Shown: in pieces, positions 9,330-18,875 of the stretch
Numbering within the stretch: position 1 is the first letter of the stretch
Layout of the letters: the number at the start of each line of letters is the position of its first letter
Assembly: GCA_965219405.1 (NCBI GenBank)
Contig: OZ244736.1
Coordinates: 143,730 to 207,729, forward strand
From: Dehalococcoidia bacterium
GTDB taxonomy: Bacteria; Chloroflexota; Dehalococcoidia; UBA6926
Length of the DNA: 64,000 nt
Direction of reading: 5' to 3'
Translations under genes and position numbers: made by a program
Notes under the pieces: generated by a model
What the model was told of the DNA's origin: nothing
The model's database searches: none
What the model saw: the letters and a program-made list of their open reading frames with translations, nothing else

Positions 9330-10527
9330 GATTGTCTCCGATCCCTACTCCCCCGGACAGCAACTCATCGCGCCGAATTGCCCCGACGAGCACGCCATTT
9401 TCCTCAACGACTGCAACGGGGTATGGAGCTTCTTCGACTTTCGGAATGATCTCATCCAGCGAGGTGTCAGGGTCAACGACGACGGGCTCTTGCAATTCGG
9501 CGTCTTCCAAGGTTTGCTTTCGTCGATTGGCGAGTGACTCTGCTTCTTTCTTGGTGAGCATTCCCTGTAGCTTGGAGCCTCCGCCAACGACGAACAGGGC
9601 GTCACTACTCATGTTCTCCATGATAATGAGGGCTGCGCCGGGACCCTGGCGCCTATTAACAACATCTCCCGCCTCACTCATCACGGTGCGCGCCTGGATG
9701 AGTCGTGTTGACGAGACATCGCGGACGAATTCGGACACATACTCGTCGCTCGGCAACGCGACGATCCCATCCGGTGTTCCCTCCTGGATGATTTCCCCAT
9801 CTCGCATAATGGCGATCCGATTGCCGAGCTTAATCGCCTCATTGAGATCATGTGTGATGAAGACGATGGTCTTGTGCAGATCCTCCTGCAGCGTGATTAA
9901 TTCGTCCTGCATCTGCCTCCGAATGAGCGGGTCCAAGCCACTGAAGGGCTCATCCATGACGAGGACGGACGGATTGACAGCGAGGGCGCGGGCAAGGCCG
10001 ACGCGCTGCTGCATTCCGCCACTCATCTCACGGGGGAGATAGCGCTCCCATCCACTGAGGCCAACCTTTTCAATCGTGTCACGCGCGATGTCAAGCCGTT
10101 CTTCTTTGTCGACACCCCTGATTTCAAGGCCGTATGCCACGTTTTCCAGGACACGACGATGCGGCAGGAGAGCGTAGTTCTGGAAGACCATTGCAACGGT
10201 TGACCGACGGAAATCAATCAACTGGTCCGTCGACAATTGGAGGATGTCCTCACCGTCAAAGAAAAGTTCTCCGGCGGTGGGATCGCTCAACCTAAGGAGG
10301 GCCCTGGCGAGGGTGGATTTGCCGCTGCCGGACAGGCCCATCAGGACATAGACCTCGCCGCGGTCTACGCTAAAGGAGACGTCACGCAACGCAGTCACCA
10401 GACCGAGTTGTTCCTGGATCTCCGTACGGGTCTTTTCAGCGTGCTCGGACTCAAGAGCCCGCTCGGGACGGCTTCCGAAGACCTTCCAGACGTTCTTTAC
10501 TTCAATCTGATGGTCGGCCTGCGTCAT
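9322..10527 (-). CDS. proV: Glycine betaine/proline ABC transporter ATP-binding subunit with CBS domains
   Basis: GLSGSGKST, MSGGMQQRVGLARALA, MDEPFSGLDPLIRRQMQDEL, C-terminal CBS pair. Confidence 0.93.
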   Translation of the reverse strand: MTQADHQIEVKNVWKVFGSRPERALESEHAEKTRTEIQEQLGLVTALRDVSFSVDRGEVYVLMGLSGSGKSTLARALLRLSDPTAGELFFDGEDILQLSTDQLIDFRRSTVAMVFQNYALLPHRRVLENVAYGLEIRGVDKEERLDIARDTIEKVGLSGWERYLPREMSGGMQQRVGLARALAVNPSVLVMDEPFSGLDPLIRRQMQDELITLQEDLHKTIVFITHDLNEAIKLGNRIAIMRDGEIIQEGTPDGIVALPSDEYVSEFVRDVSSTRLIQARTVMSEAGDVVNRRQGPGAALIIMENMSSDALFVVGGGSKLQGMLTKKEAESLANRRKQTLEDAELQEPVVVDPDTSLDEIIPKVEEAPYPVAVVEENGVLVGAIRRDELLSGGVGIGDNHG

Positions 10528-10790
10528 AGCACCCATTTCTTTGGCAGATCGACGCGGGTAATAGTAAAGAATACGGGTCAACCACGTCGTTCAGCCCCCC
10601 CTGCTCGCGACAACACACTGTAGCCGATTAGACCGCAGCCGTCCAATCGCCCATCGAACCCACGAAAACGGCTGCTCGACGTGGCACGAGAATGTCCGGG
10701 TTGAGGGTGATTCGTTGGCGTCGCTACCCAATTCATGGCACAATATGCGATGATTCTATCGAGCCTATTAGGAACAATCGGGAGGAGCAC

Positions 10791-11861
10791 ATGACGGGCA
10801 GAATACTTCTACTTGCACTTGCCATCGTCGCGGGCCTCATGATTTTCACAGCCTGCACGACGGAAGATGCGGGGGACCCACGAGAGGATACTCTGGGCAC
10901 TGTTCTGGAACGAGAAACCCTGATCTGTGGCGTCAAGGCTGATACGCCCGGTTTCGGTGTCCTGAATCCGGATGGCTCTGCGGAGGGTAACGACGTGGAC
11001 TACTGCCGCGCCGTCGCAGCAGCGGTCCTTGGTGACGCGAACGCAGTTGAGTTCAAGGAAGCAACGTCCGCCAACAGGTTCGAGTTGCTGGCGGCCAAGG
11101 AAATCGACGTGCTGATCCGCACGACGACATGGACAGCCAGCCGTGACGCCGACCTGAACGTGGCCTTTGCCCCGACGACCTTCTACGACGGCGCAGGCAT
11201 CATGGTCAATGCGGATTCAGGTGTTTCCAGCATCAGTGAGCTTGAGGGGTCCACCATCTGCATCCTTGACGGCACCAGCACGCAGGGCGCCGTATCAGAC
11301 TACTTCACAGAGAACGGCCTGATGTACTCCGAGCTGACCCTGCAGGACAACGCAGCTATTCGCGGCGCCTTCATCGGCGGACAGTGCGACGCCTGGTCCT
11401 CTGACAAGTCGCAGCTTGGCGGCCATCAGTTCTCGCTGAAAACCGACGAGAATCTTGACGCCATCGTGCTGCCGGAGACTCTGTCCAAGGAGCCTCTGGG
11501 ACCGAGCGTCCGGGACTACGACTCCGAGTGGGAAGACATCGTGCGATGGGTCGTGAACGGAATGATTATCGCCGAGGAGCAGGGCGTCACATCCGCAAAC
11601 GTGGGCCAGATGGCTGCCAACCCGCCGAACAACACGGTCGCCCGTTTGCTGGGTGTCGGCTTTGACGGCGGCGCGCCGAGCGACCTCGGCATCGGCCATG
11701 GTCGCATTGACGGCACGTTCATGCAGGACGTGATCAGTCAGGTAGGCAACTACGGCGAGACGTATGCGCGTACGCTGGAAACCGTTGGCCTGACACGAGC
11801 CGGGAGTCCCAATGACTCCTACTTGAACGGTGGTCTGATTTACGCCCCACCGATGAGGTAA
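10791..11861 (+). CDS. aapJ: General L-amino acid ABC transporter substrate-binding lipoprotein
   Basis: GGAGG RBS; lipobox FTAC; DVDYCRAVAAA, RTTTWTASRD, SKEPLGP, QVGNYGE, GGLIYAPPMR. Confidence 0.92.
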   Translation: MTGRILLLALAIVAGLMIFTACTTEDAGDPREDTLGTVLERETLICGVKADTPGFGVLNPDGSAEGNDVDYCRAVAAAVLGDANAVEFKEATSANRFELLAAKEIDVLIRTTTWTASRDADLNVAFAPTTFYDGAGIMVNADSGVSSISELEGSTICILDGTSTQGAVSDYFTENGLMYSELTLQDNAAIRGAFIGGQCDAWSSDKSQLGGHQFSLKTDENLDAIVLPETLSKEPLGPSVRDYDSEWEDIVRWVVNGMIIAEEQGVTSANVGQMAANPPNNTVARLLGVGFDGGAPSDLGIGHGRIDGTFMQDVISQVGNYGETYARTLETVGLTRAGSPNDSYLNGGLIYAPPMR

Positions 11862-11881
11862 CCTCAAACCTGAGCAACGGA

Positions 11882-11916
11882 AGGCGCATGGCCTGTAGTG
11901 AACAGGCCATGCGCCT
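11882..11916. repeat. 15-bp perfect intergenic hairpin (REP-like or mRNA-stabilising) after the substrate-binding gene
   Basis: AGGCGCATGGCCTGT-agtga-ACAGGCCATGCGCCT followed by AC (GTAG foot on minus strand); no U-tract. Confidence 0.75.
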
Positions 11917-11937
11917 ACCATTATTCGGCGCTAAGCC

Positions 11938-13104
11938 ATGAAGCAATACGCCACGCACCTCTGGTATCACGGCTCTTCCCGAGCCAATATCGTCAACGTC
12001 GTCGTTGGAACAGTTGCCGTCGTCGTGGCCACCTATCTGGTCTACTCGATCTTTGTCCACCTTTTCGATTTCAGGTTCCTCACCGGCCCGTACGGCAGCC
12101 CTGACCGCAGCGGCATTTTCGTATTCCTGCATGTCGAAGCCAGCGATCCGCGATGGCTGGGAATGCTCAAGGGCGCGGGAAACACGATCTCCGTCGTCAT
12201 CTTCGCCATAGCGCTGGCCTCGCTGCTGGGTCTCCTTGTAGGTGTGGCCAGGTTGTCCACCAACCCCATCTTGAATCGCCTGGGCATGGTCTACGTTGAG
12301 ACATTCAGGAATCTTCCTCTCCTGCTCCTTATGTATTTCTTCGCGTTCGGCGTGTTCAGGGCCCTGCCCCAGATCGAGGCTCGTACAGGCATAGACGGGT
12401 TCTTCATGGTCAGCAATCGGGGAGTTGCGATTCCCTGGCTTGAGGGCACGCACGATATCTGGTGGCTATGGATGATCGCACTTTTTGTAGGCGGCGCAGT
12501 GGCGCTCTGGGTGCGTCGAAGGCGGGAGCGTCAAGAGGACCTCACGGGCCAGACGATGCACGGCAATACGTGGGCGATTGCAATCTTCCTTGGAGTGGCA
12601 ATCGTCTCGTACCTTTTGTTGGCGTTCCCACTCAGACCCGCGCTTCCCGAGGTAGTGGAGTCAGACGCCGGATTTTTTGCCTACAAGAATGGGGCCCAAC
12701 TTGGGTTGGGATACATCAGCGCGCTGGTGTCCGTAACGCTGTATTTCGGCGCTTTTATCGCGGAAATCGTGCGCGGGTCGATTCAAGCCGTGCCACACGG
12801 TCAAGTAGAGGCAGCCTCATCACTGGGATTCACCGCGTATCAACGATTCACGCTGGTCGTCCTGCCACAGGCGCTGAGAATCATGATTCCCGCTCTAAAC
12901 AACGAATTTCAGAACACCAACAAGGACTCCACCCTCGCGCACGTCATCGCGTTTGGCGAGATCGTGTTGATCTCAAACCGCATCGTCAATAACGCCGGGA
13001 ACCTGCTGCAGGTCTACCTCTTCATCTTCATCGTCTTCATCGTGACCAACCTGATCATCTCCACGATCATGAACACAATCAACAAGAACGTGCAGCTGAA
13101 ATGA
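11938..13104 (+). CDS. aapQ: General L-amino acid ABC transporter permease
   Basis: GVARLSTN, YVETFRNLPLLL, AFIAEIVRGSIQAVPHGQVEAA, LPQALR. Confidence 0.9.
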   Translation: MKQYATHLWYHGSSRANIVNVVVGTVAVVVATYLVYSIFVHLFDFRFLTGPYGSPDRSGIFVFLHVEASDPRWLGMLKGAGNTISVVIFAIALASLLGLLVGVARLSTNPILNRLGMVYVETFRNLPLLLLMYFFAFGVFRALPQIEARTGIDGFFMVSNRGVAIPWLEGTHDIWWLWMIALFVGGAVALWVRRRRERQEDLTGQTMHGNTWAIAIFLGVAIVSYLLLAFPLRPALPEVVESDAGFFAYKNGAQLGLGYISALVSVTLYFGAFIAEIVRGSIQAVPHGQVEAASSLGFTAYQRFTLVVLPQALRIMIPALNNEFQNTNKDSTLAHVIAFGEIVLISNRIVNNAGNLLQVYLFIFIVFIVTNLIISTIMNTINKNVQLK

Positions 13105-14444
13105 GTATGATCGCCGTACGAAGGGACGCCATCGCCGAGCGTATTGACTGGGCGAAGGCCAACCTGTTCGACACGCGAGTCAATACGGCAATTACGCTCG
13201 TCTCGTTCGCGGCGGCGGTGGTGTTCCTGTTCCTGACCGTACGGTATTTGCTCTTCCAGGCTAACTGGGGACTGGTGGCGCTGAACCGAAAACTCTTCTT
13301 TGTCGGCAGTTATCCCTCCGAGGAAGCTTTCCGAATCTGGATCGCCATGTTCCTGGCGGTGACTCTGATTGCCATCACCTACGGCATTTGGGGAGGACGC
13401 TTACGACCGTACCTGATTGTCGTCGGCGCCGTGGCAGCCCTGGTGTTGACGCTCGGGCTCGGAGTAGAGCCGCGCATTGAGGAGCGAGCATTTACAGAAA
13501 TCATTGAGTCAGGCGGCCAGCAAACCACGATCAGCGGCATCAACAGGGTGCTCGTGATGGAGGGAGGGTGGGCGCCTTCATGGCTGTATTCGTTGTCATT
13601 GGGGCTGGCAGTGCCGTTTGGATCGACGTGGGTGCTAATGGCGGGCGTGTTTGGGACGCTCGCCGGCGGGGCGTTCATTGGGAGACGACTGGCGACGTTC
13701 CGGAGCAACCCAATCATGCTTCAAGGGATGGGCGCGCTGTGGGTGCTACTCATCCCGGCCATTGTTCTCCTCCAGCTCGGCGTCTCAACCAACAGTTGGG
13801 AAAGCGCTTTCCTTGACATCATCGTCTTCTCAGTAGGCGTCTTCTTCTCGTTCTTCATTGGCCTGATATTGGCGATGGGACGGGTATCGCCCTATCGCGC
13901 CATTCGGATATCGTCGGTCGGCTATATCGAAGTTGTACGCGCGGCCCCCCTCCTTGTCTGGCTGCTATTCGCGACATTCCTCAAGGACGAGTTGGGCCCG
14001 GTGGGCGCGGCCTTTAGCAGCATCGACCTGGTCTATCGCGTGATGTTCGTGTTTGCGTTCTTCGGCGGGGCGTATATCGCGGAGGTGATTCGAGGCGGCC
14101 TGCAGTCCGTGCCACGGGGACAGGCGGAGGCGGCGCAGTCCATCGGGCTCTCGACTCTCCAGATGTACACTCTCATCATCCTGCCGCAGGCGATTCGAGC
14201 AGTAATTCCCGCAATCATCGGCCGCTTCATCGCGCTGTGGAAAGACACTGCCCTGCTCGCGGCAATCTCGCTGGTCAACACCCTGGAGAAGTCCAGGAAG
14301 GTCCTGGGCGGGCAAACGGACATTGCAGAGGGCGCATTCTTCGAAATCTATCTGATCGTCGCGCTCATATACTGGGTCATCTCCTATATGCTGTCCCGCC
14401 TCGGAGACACGGCGGAATCACGGCTGGGCGTCGGACAACGATAG
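13101..14444 (+). CDS. aapM: General L-amino acid ABC transporter permease
   Basis: W..ANLF, YIEVVRAAPL, AYIAEVIRGGLQSVPRGQAEAA, KDTAL; ATGA overlap with aapQ. Confidence 0.9.
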   Translation: MSMIAVRRDAIAERIDWAKANLFDTRVNTAITLVSFAAAVVFLFLTVRYLLFQANWGLVALNRKLFFVGSYPSEEAFRIWIAMFLAVTLIAITYGIWGGRLRPYLIVVGAVAALVLTLGLGVEPRIEERAFTEIIESGGQQTTISGINRVLVMEGGWAPSWLYSLSLGLAVPFGSTWVLMAGVFGTLAGGAFIGRRLATFRSNPIMLQGMGALWVLLIPAIVLLQLGVSTNSWESAFLDIIVFSVGVFFSFFIGLILAMGRVSPYRAIRISSVGYIEVVRAAPLLVWLLFATFLKDELGPVGAAFSSIDLVYRVMFVFAFFGGAYIAEVIRGGLQSVPRGQAEAAQSIGLSTLQMYTLIILPQAIRAVIPAIIGRFIALWKDTALLAAISLVNTLEKSRKVLGGQTDIAEGAFFEIYLIVALIYWVISYMLSRLGDTAESRLGVGQR

Positions 14445-14473
14445 CTGCACGTTGAGGAGGGGGAATCTCGACC

Positions 14474-15223
14474 ATGCCGAAGAATAGTGATTACGAAATG
14501 GTTCATATGGAGAACGTGGTCAAGCGATTTGGCAGCTTCACCGCTCTAAATGACATCAACCTGTCAATCGCTGAGGGAGAAGTTGTCGTGATGATCGGCC
14601 CCTCAGGGTCCGGAAAGTCGACTGTCCTCCGCACGATAAACCAGCTTGAGAAACACGACTCCGGCCGTATCGTGGTGGACGGGATGGAAATCACGGACGA
14701 TCTGCGCACGCTTGCCCAGATTCGAACGGAGACCGGCATGGTCTTCCAACAGTTCAACCTGTTCCCACACATAAGCGTTCTGCGGAATATCACTCTTGCC
14801 CCGCAGAAGGTACGCCATATGCCTCAGAAGGATGCGGAAGACCTTGCCATGCAGCTGCTGGAGCGAGTGGGCATACCGGAACAGGCAGACAAGTTCCCCG
14901 GTCAGCTATCGGGCGGGCAGCAGCAGCGCGTTGCCATAGCTCGCGCCCTGGCAATGAATCCGAGGCTGATGTTGTTCGATGAGCCCACGTCGGCACTTGA
15001 TCCCGAGATGATCAACGAGGTGCTCAAGGTGATGGGCGAGCTTGCGGCGGACGGCATGACGATGATCTGCGTCACCCATGAGATGGGCTTCGCGCGCGGG
15101 GTGGCGGATCGTGTAATCATGCTCGATGAGGGGATGATTGCAGAGGAAGGCGTACCCAACGAGTTCTTCAACAACCCGCAGAGCGATCGCGCCAAGCTCT
15201 TCCTGTCACAGATCCTGCACTGA
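14474..15223 (+). CDS. aapP: Polar amino acid ABC transporter ATP-binding protein
   Basis: [53 protein letters not shown]. Confidence 0.95.
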   Translation: MPKNSDYEMVHMENVVKRFGSFTALNDINLSIAEGEVVVMIGPSGSGKSTVLRTINQLEKHDSGRIVVDGMEITDDLRTLAQIRTETGMVFQQFNLFPHISVLRNITLAPQKVRHMPQKDAEDLAMQLLERVGIPEQADKFPGQLSGGQQQRVAIARALAMNPRLMLFDEPTSALDPEMINEVLKVMGELAADGMTMICVTHEMGFARGVADRVIMLDEGMIAEEGVPNEFFNNPQSDRAKLFLSQILH

Positions 15224-15233
15224 CCACGTGTAG

Positions 15234-15309
15234 TGGTGGAGCCGAGGGGATTCGAACCCCTGACCCCCTGCTTGCAAAGCAGGTGCTCTCCCGACTGAGC
15301 TACGACCCC
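15234..15309 (-). tRNA. tRNA-Ala (UGC)
   Basis: Reverse complement GGGGTCGTAGCTCAGTCGGGAGAGCACCTGCTTTGCAAGCAGGGGGTCAGGGGTTCGAATCCCCTCGGCTCCACCA; 76 nt, G3:U70, encoded CCA. Confidence 0.98.
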
Positions 15310-15333
15310 ACGATTGAGCGGCGGATGTTTATT

Positions 15334-15468
15334 CTAACTTGCCGTTACTCCGACGATGGCAAGGGTGATAATCGCTCCGGAGACACAGATGGCCGCCATC
15401 AGGATGCTTAGTTCAAGCAGCCCGAACCTGCGCCGACGCCTTCTTGCGCCCCCGGAATCTTTTGCCAT
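15334..15468 (-). CDS. 44-aa single-pass membrane microprotein
   Basis: MAKDSGGARRRRRRFGLLELSILMAAICVSGAIITLAIVGVTAS*; GAGGA 7 nt upstream of ATG; shorter than any ORF in the track. Confidence 0.65.
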   Translation of the reverse strand: MAKDSGGARRRRRRFGLLELSILMAAICVSGAIITLAIVGVTAS

Positions 15469-15617
15469 GGTCTTGTCCTCATTTCTGTCCCTGCGCTGTC
15501 TTTCCATTATGCCTTGTGGTAGGGCGTCTGTGACAGAAGCCTATACTTTCGAATGAGAGTCCTTACGATTCAACCATGAGCCATGGCGGCTTTCACAGGC
15601 AGGGAGAATCCCGGACG

Positions 15618-16106
15618 ATGGCATCAGAGAAGCAGGTCATTATCTATACGGACGGAGCTTGCGAGGGGAATCCCGGCCCCGGCGGCTACGGAGTTGTGCT
15701 CATCCATAGCGACCGCCGCAGAGAGCTGAGTGAAGGATACCGTCTCACAACCAACAACCGCATGGAGCTTCTCGCCGTAATCCGTGGGCTTGAGGCCCTG
15801 AAGGAACGCTGCCGTGTGACACTGCACAGCGATTCCCGCTACGTGATTGACGGCATCGAGAAGGGGTGGGCGGCGCGGTGGCGGGCCAATGACTGGATGC
15901 GGAACAAGAAAGAGGCGGCCATCAACCCGGACCTATGGGGGCGGCTGCTGGACCTCTGTGATACCCACGATGTTGAGTTCGGATGGGTTCGCGGCCATTC
16001 CGGCGTTCCCGAGAACGAGCGTTGCGACCGGCTCGCGGTCGAAGCGGCACGAGGCAAGAATCTGCAGACAGATGAGATCTATGAAGCAGGGAGGCTAGCC
16101 ACCTGA
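15618..16106 (+). CDS. rnhA: Ribonuclease HI
   Basis: [46 protein letters not shown]. Confidence 0.97.
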   Translation: MASEKQVIIYTDGACEGNPGPGGYGVVLIHSDRRRELSEGYRLTTNNRMELLAVIRGLEALKERCRVTLHSDSRYVIDGIEKGWAARWRANDWMRNKKEAAINPDLWGRLLDLCDTHDVEFGWVRGHSGVPENERCDRLAVEAARGKNLQTDEIYEAGRLAT

Positions 16107-16589
16107 ATCCGGGTCGGACGAGCCCACATCCTCGCGGCCTGATGCGCCGCCGAGGGCTTTCTGAAGAGTATCCCACGCGAGGACCGCGCACTTGATACGC
16201 GTGGGGAAACGGGAGGCGCCTTGCAGTGCCATCAGGTCCCCCATTACGTTCTCATCGACTTCATCACCCTGCATCATGGCGCGAAAGTTCTGCGCCAGCG
16301 ATCGAGCATGCTCGATCGAGTGTCCTCGTATCGCCTCCGTCATCATCGACGCAGACGACTGGGAGATAGAGCAGCCCTGCCCGACAAAGGCGATATCCGC
16401 TACCTCGCCATCGTGCATACGGGCCGTCAGGCGAATCTCGTCGCCGCAGACCGGGTTGAATTGGGTCAGGTCGGCGTCTGCGCCGTCCAAGACCCGGTTG
16501 TTGCGGGGGATCCGATAGTGGTCAAGGATCAGGTCCCGGTACAGTTCATCAAATTGTGGTTCTGGCTCACGTCCTGCCAAAGAGTTCAC
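16095..16589 (-). CDS. sufU: SUF system NifU-like protein
   Basis: [35 protein letters not shown]. Confidence 0.95.
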   Translation of the reverse strand: MNSLAGREPEPQFDELYRDLILDHYRIPRNNRVLDGADADLTQFNPVCGDEIRLTARMHDGEVADIAFVGQGCSISQSSASMMTEAIRGHSIEHARSLAQNFRAMMQGDEVDENVMGDLMALQGASRFPTRIKCAVLAWDTLQKALGGASGREDVGSSDPDSGG

Positions 16590-17817
16590 CAGCCTTTTTC
16601 AGCGCATCGATGAGTCGGTCGACATCCTCGTTCGTATTGTAAACGTAGAAGCTCGCGCGGGCCGTGGCGGGCACATTGAGACGGCGCATGAGCGGCTGTG
16701 CGCAGTGATGGCCGGCTCGGATCTGCACACCCTCCCAGTCCAATGTCTGGGCGATGTCATGCGGGTGGATCGATTCCACGGCGAATGAAACGACTCCGCC
16801 GCGATCCTCCGCGTTCGGCGGGCCGTGCAGTGTGACGCCCTCGCCAAGCGACCTCATCTGCCGCAGCGCGTACTCCGTGATCTCGATCTCATGCTGCCGC
16901 ACGCTGTCCATGCCGAGCTCGGTCAGGTAGTCGATAGCTGCGCCGAATGCGACGATGTCGGCGAAGTTCGGCGTGCCGGCCTCGAATTTCCAGGGCGGAT
17001 CCTTCCACGTGAAGCCGTCCTCACGCACCTCCATGATCATTTCGCCGCCGCCGAGGAACGGCGGCATCTCATCAAGCAACGCCCGCTTGCCGTAGAGGAC
17101 GCCGACGCCCGTCGGCCCCAGCATCTTGTGTGAGGAAAAGACATAGAAATCGGCGTCCATCTCGCGGACATCCACGGCGACGTGTGGCGCGCCCTGCGCG
17201 CCGTCCACGATGGCGATCGCGCCGACGGCGTGCGCCTTGTCCACGAGCTCACGCACGGGGTTTACGGTGCCAAGCACGTTGGAGACGTGGGTAAATGAGA
17301 CGACCTTTGTTCGTTCGGTGATTAGCGTATCGATGTCGGAAAGATCGAGCCGGCCGTCATCCGTGACCGGGATAAAGCGGACAATCGCCCCTCGCTCCGC
17401 GCAGATCATGTGCCACGGCACGATGTTGGAATGGTGCTCCATGAGGGTGACCAGCACCTCGTCACCCTCGTTCAGATTCGCTCGTCCCCAGGAATAGGCC
17501 AGCAAGTTCAGGGATTCAGTCGTGTTGCGGGTGAAAATAATCTCGCTTGAGGAGGCGGCATTGATGAACGCGGCCGTTTTCTCGCGGGCGCCCTCATAGG
17601 CGGCGGTTGATTCCTCGGACAGGGTGTAGATGCCGCGGTGGACGTTGGCGTTGGACGTTCGGTAGAAGTCGGCCAGCGCATCAATGACCTGCTTCGGCTT
17701 CTGTGATGTCGCCGTGCTGTCCAGGTAGACGAGGGGGTTGCCGTTGATGACGCGGGACAGGATAGGGAAGTCGCCGCGAATGGCCTCGACGTCAAGCTGC
17801 GGGGGCTGATCAGGCAC
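16567..17817 (-). CDS. sufS: Cysteine desulfurase, group II
   Basis: YLDSTATSQKP, EHHSN, SSHKMLGPTG, FEAGTP, RAGHHCAQP. Confidence 0.96.
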   Translation of the reverse strand: MPDQPPQLDVEAIRGDFPILSRVINGNPLVYLDSTATSQKPKQVIDALADFYRTSNANVHRGIYTLSEESTAAYEGAREKTAAFINAASSSEIIFTRNTTESLNLLAYSWGRANLNEGDEVLVTLMEHHSNIVPWHMICAERGAIVRFIPVTDDGRLDLSDIDTLITERTKVVSFTHVSNVLGTVNPVRELVDKAHAVGAIAIVDGAQGAPHVAVDVREMDADFYVFSSHKMLGPTGVGVLYGKRALLDEMPPFLGGGEMIMEVREDGFTWKDPPWKFEAGTPNFADIVAFGAAIDYLTELGMDSVRQHEIEITEYALRQMRSLGEGVTLHGPPNAEDRGGVVSFAVESIHPHDIAQTLDWEGVQIRAGHHCAQPLMRRLNVPATARASFYVYNTNEDVDRLIDALKKAGELFGRT

Positions 17818-17846
17818 GGGGGCCGGCCTTGCGCGGTGTTGCCGCG

Positions 17847-18632
17847 CTACTGCGACGCCGGCGCGACGGCACTGCCTGCGCCGGACCGAATGAGGTCATA
17901 ACCGTGTTCCTCAAGGTCATGGGCCAACTCCGGGCCGCCCGACCTGACAATTGCGCCGTCTATCATGACATGGACGGTGTCCGGCTCAACATAGTTCAGG
18001 ATGCGCGTGTAGTGCGTGATGAGCAGAATGCCCAACTCCGGATTGCGGAGCTGATTCACGCCTTCAGAAACGGTACGCAGAGCATCGATATCGAGGCCGG
18101 AGTCCGTCTCGTCCAAGATGGCGACTGTGGGGTTCAGAACGGCGAGCTGAAGGATCTCGCTGCGCTTCTTCTCTCCGCCGGAGAAACCGGAGTTGACGTA
18201 GCGGGTTGCAAATGCGCGATCCATGCCCAGCGCGTCCATCTTTTCGTTGACCATCTGCCGAAACTCGACAAGCGGCATCTCCTCGTCCCGATGGGCGTTC
18301 ACCATCTGCCGCAGAAAGTTGATCAACGTGACGCCGGCAATCTCGACGGGATACTGCGAGGCGAGGAAGATTCCGGCAAGAGATCGCAGGTCCGGCAGCA
18401 TGAGTGTGATGTCCTCGCCCTTGTAGAGGATGCGTCCGCCGGTCACAACGTAGCGGGGGTTGCCCATCAGCGTATTGGCGAGCGTGCTCTTGCCGGAGCC
18501 GTTGGGCCCCATGACAGTGTTGACCTTACCTGTGGGAATCTCGAGATTGACGCCCTTCAGGATCTCCTTGCCGTCTACCGCCACATGGAGATCCTCCACG
18601 ACCATGACGGCATTTCCGTTCTTGCTTGACAC
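17847..18632 (-). CDS. sufC: Fe-S cluster assembly ATPase
   Basis: MGPNGSGKST, QYPVEIAGV, GFSGGEKKRSEILQ, LDETDSGLDIDAL, ITHY. Confidence 0.96.
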   Translation of the reverse strand: MSSKNGNAVMVVEDLHVAVDGKEILKGVNLEIPTGKVNTVMGPNGSGKSTLANTLMGNPRYVVTGGRILYKGEDITLMLPDLRSLAGIFLASQYPVEIAGVTLINFLRQMVNAHRDEEMPLVEFRQMVNEKMDALGMDRAFATRYVNSGFSGGEKKRSEILQLAVLNPTVAILDETDSGLDIDALRTVSEGVNQLRNPELGILLITHYTRILNYVEPDTVHVMIDGAIVRSGGPELAHDLEEHGYDLIRSGAGSAVAPASQ

Positions 18633-18739
18633 TGACTAACGCCCCCTGCGCGTGTGGTTGGAATTGGCGATTGTATCGAAAGTTCGGCGCGGCACACCGC
18701 GCCATCATTGACCCAAGTGAATGGCTCATACGTGATGCC

Positions 18740-18769
18740 ATTCTACGGAACGGCGGCAACGCATGGCAA
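18740..18769 (-). promoter_or_regulatory. Putative sigma70 promoter for sufCSU
   Basis: Minus strand TTGCCA-18 nt-TAGAAT about 110 nt upstream of sufC. Confidence 0.5.
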
Positions 18770-18875
18770 GGGAAAAGGCGGATATGAGACTACCCCCTCC
18801 GCCTCAATGCCATTCTCGCCGGATCGCGGTGAGTCACCTTCTTCCGAAAGGAGAGCCGGATCGCGAACTCTAAAA

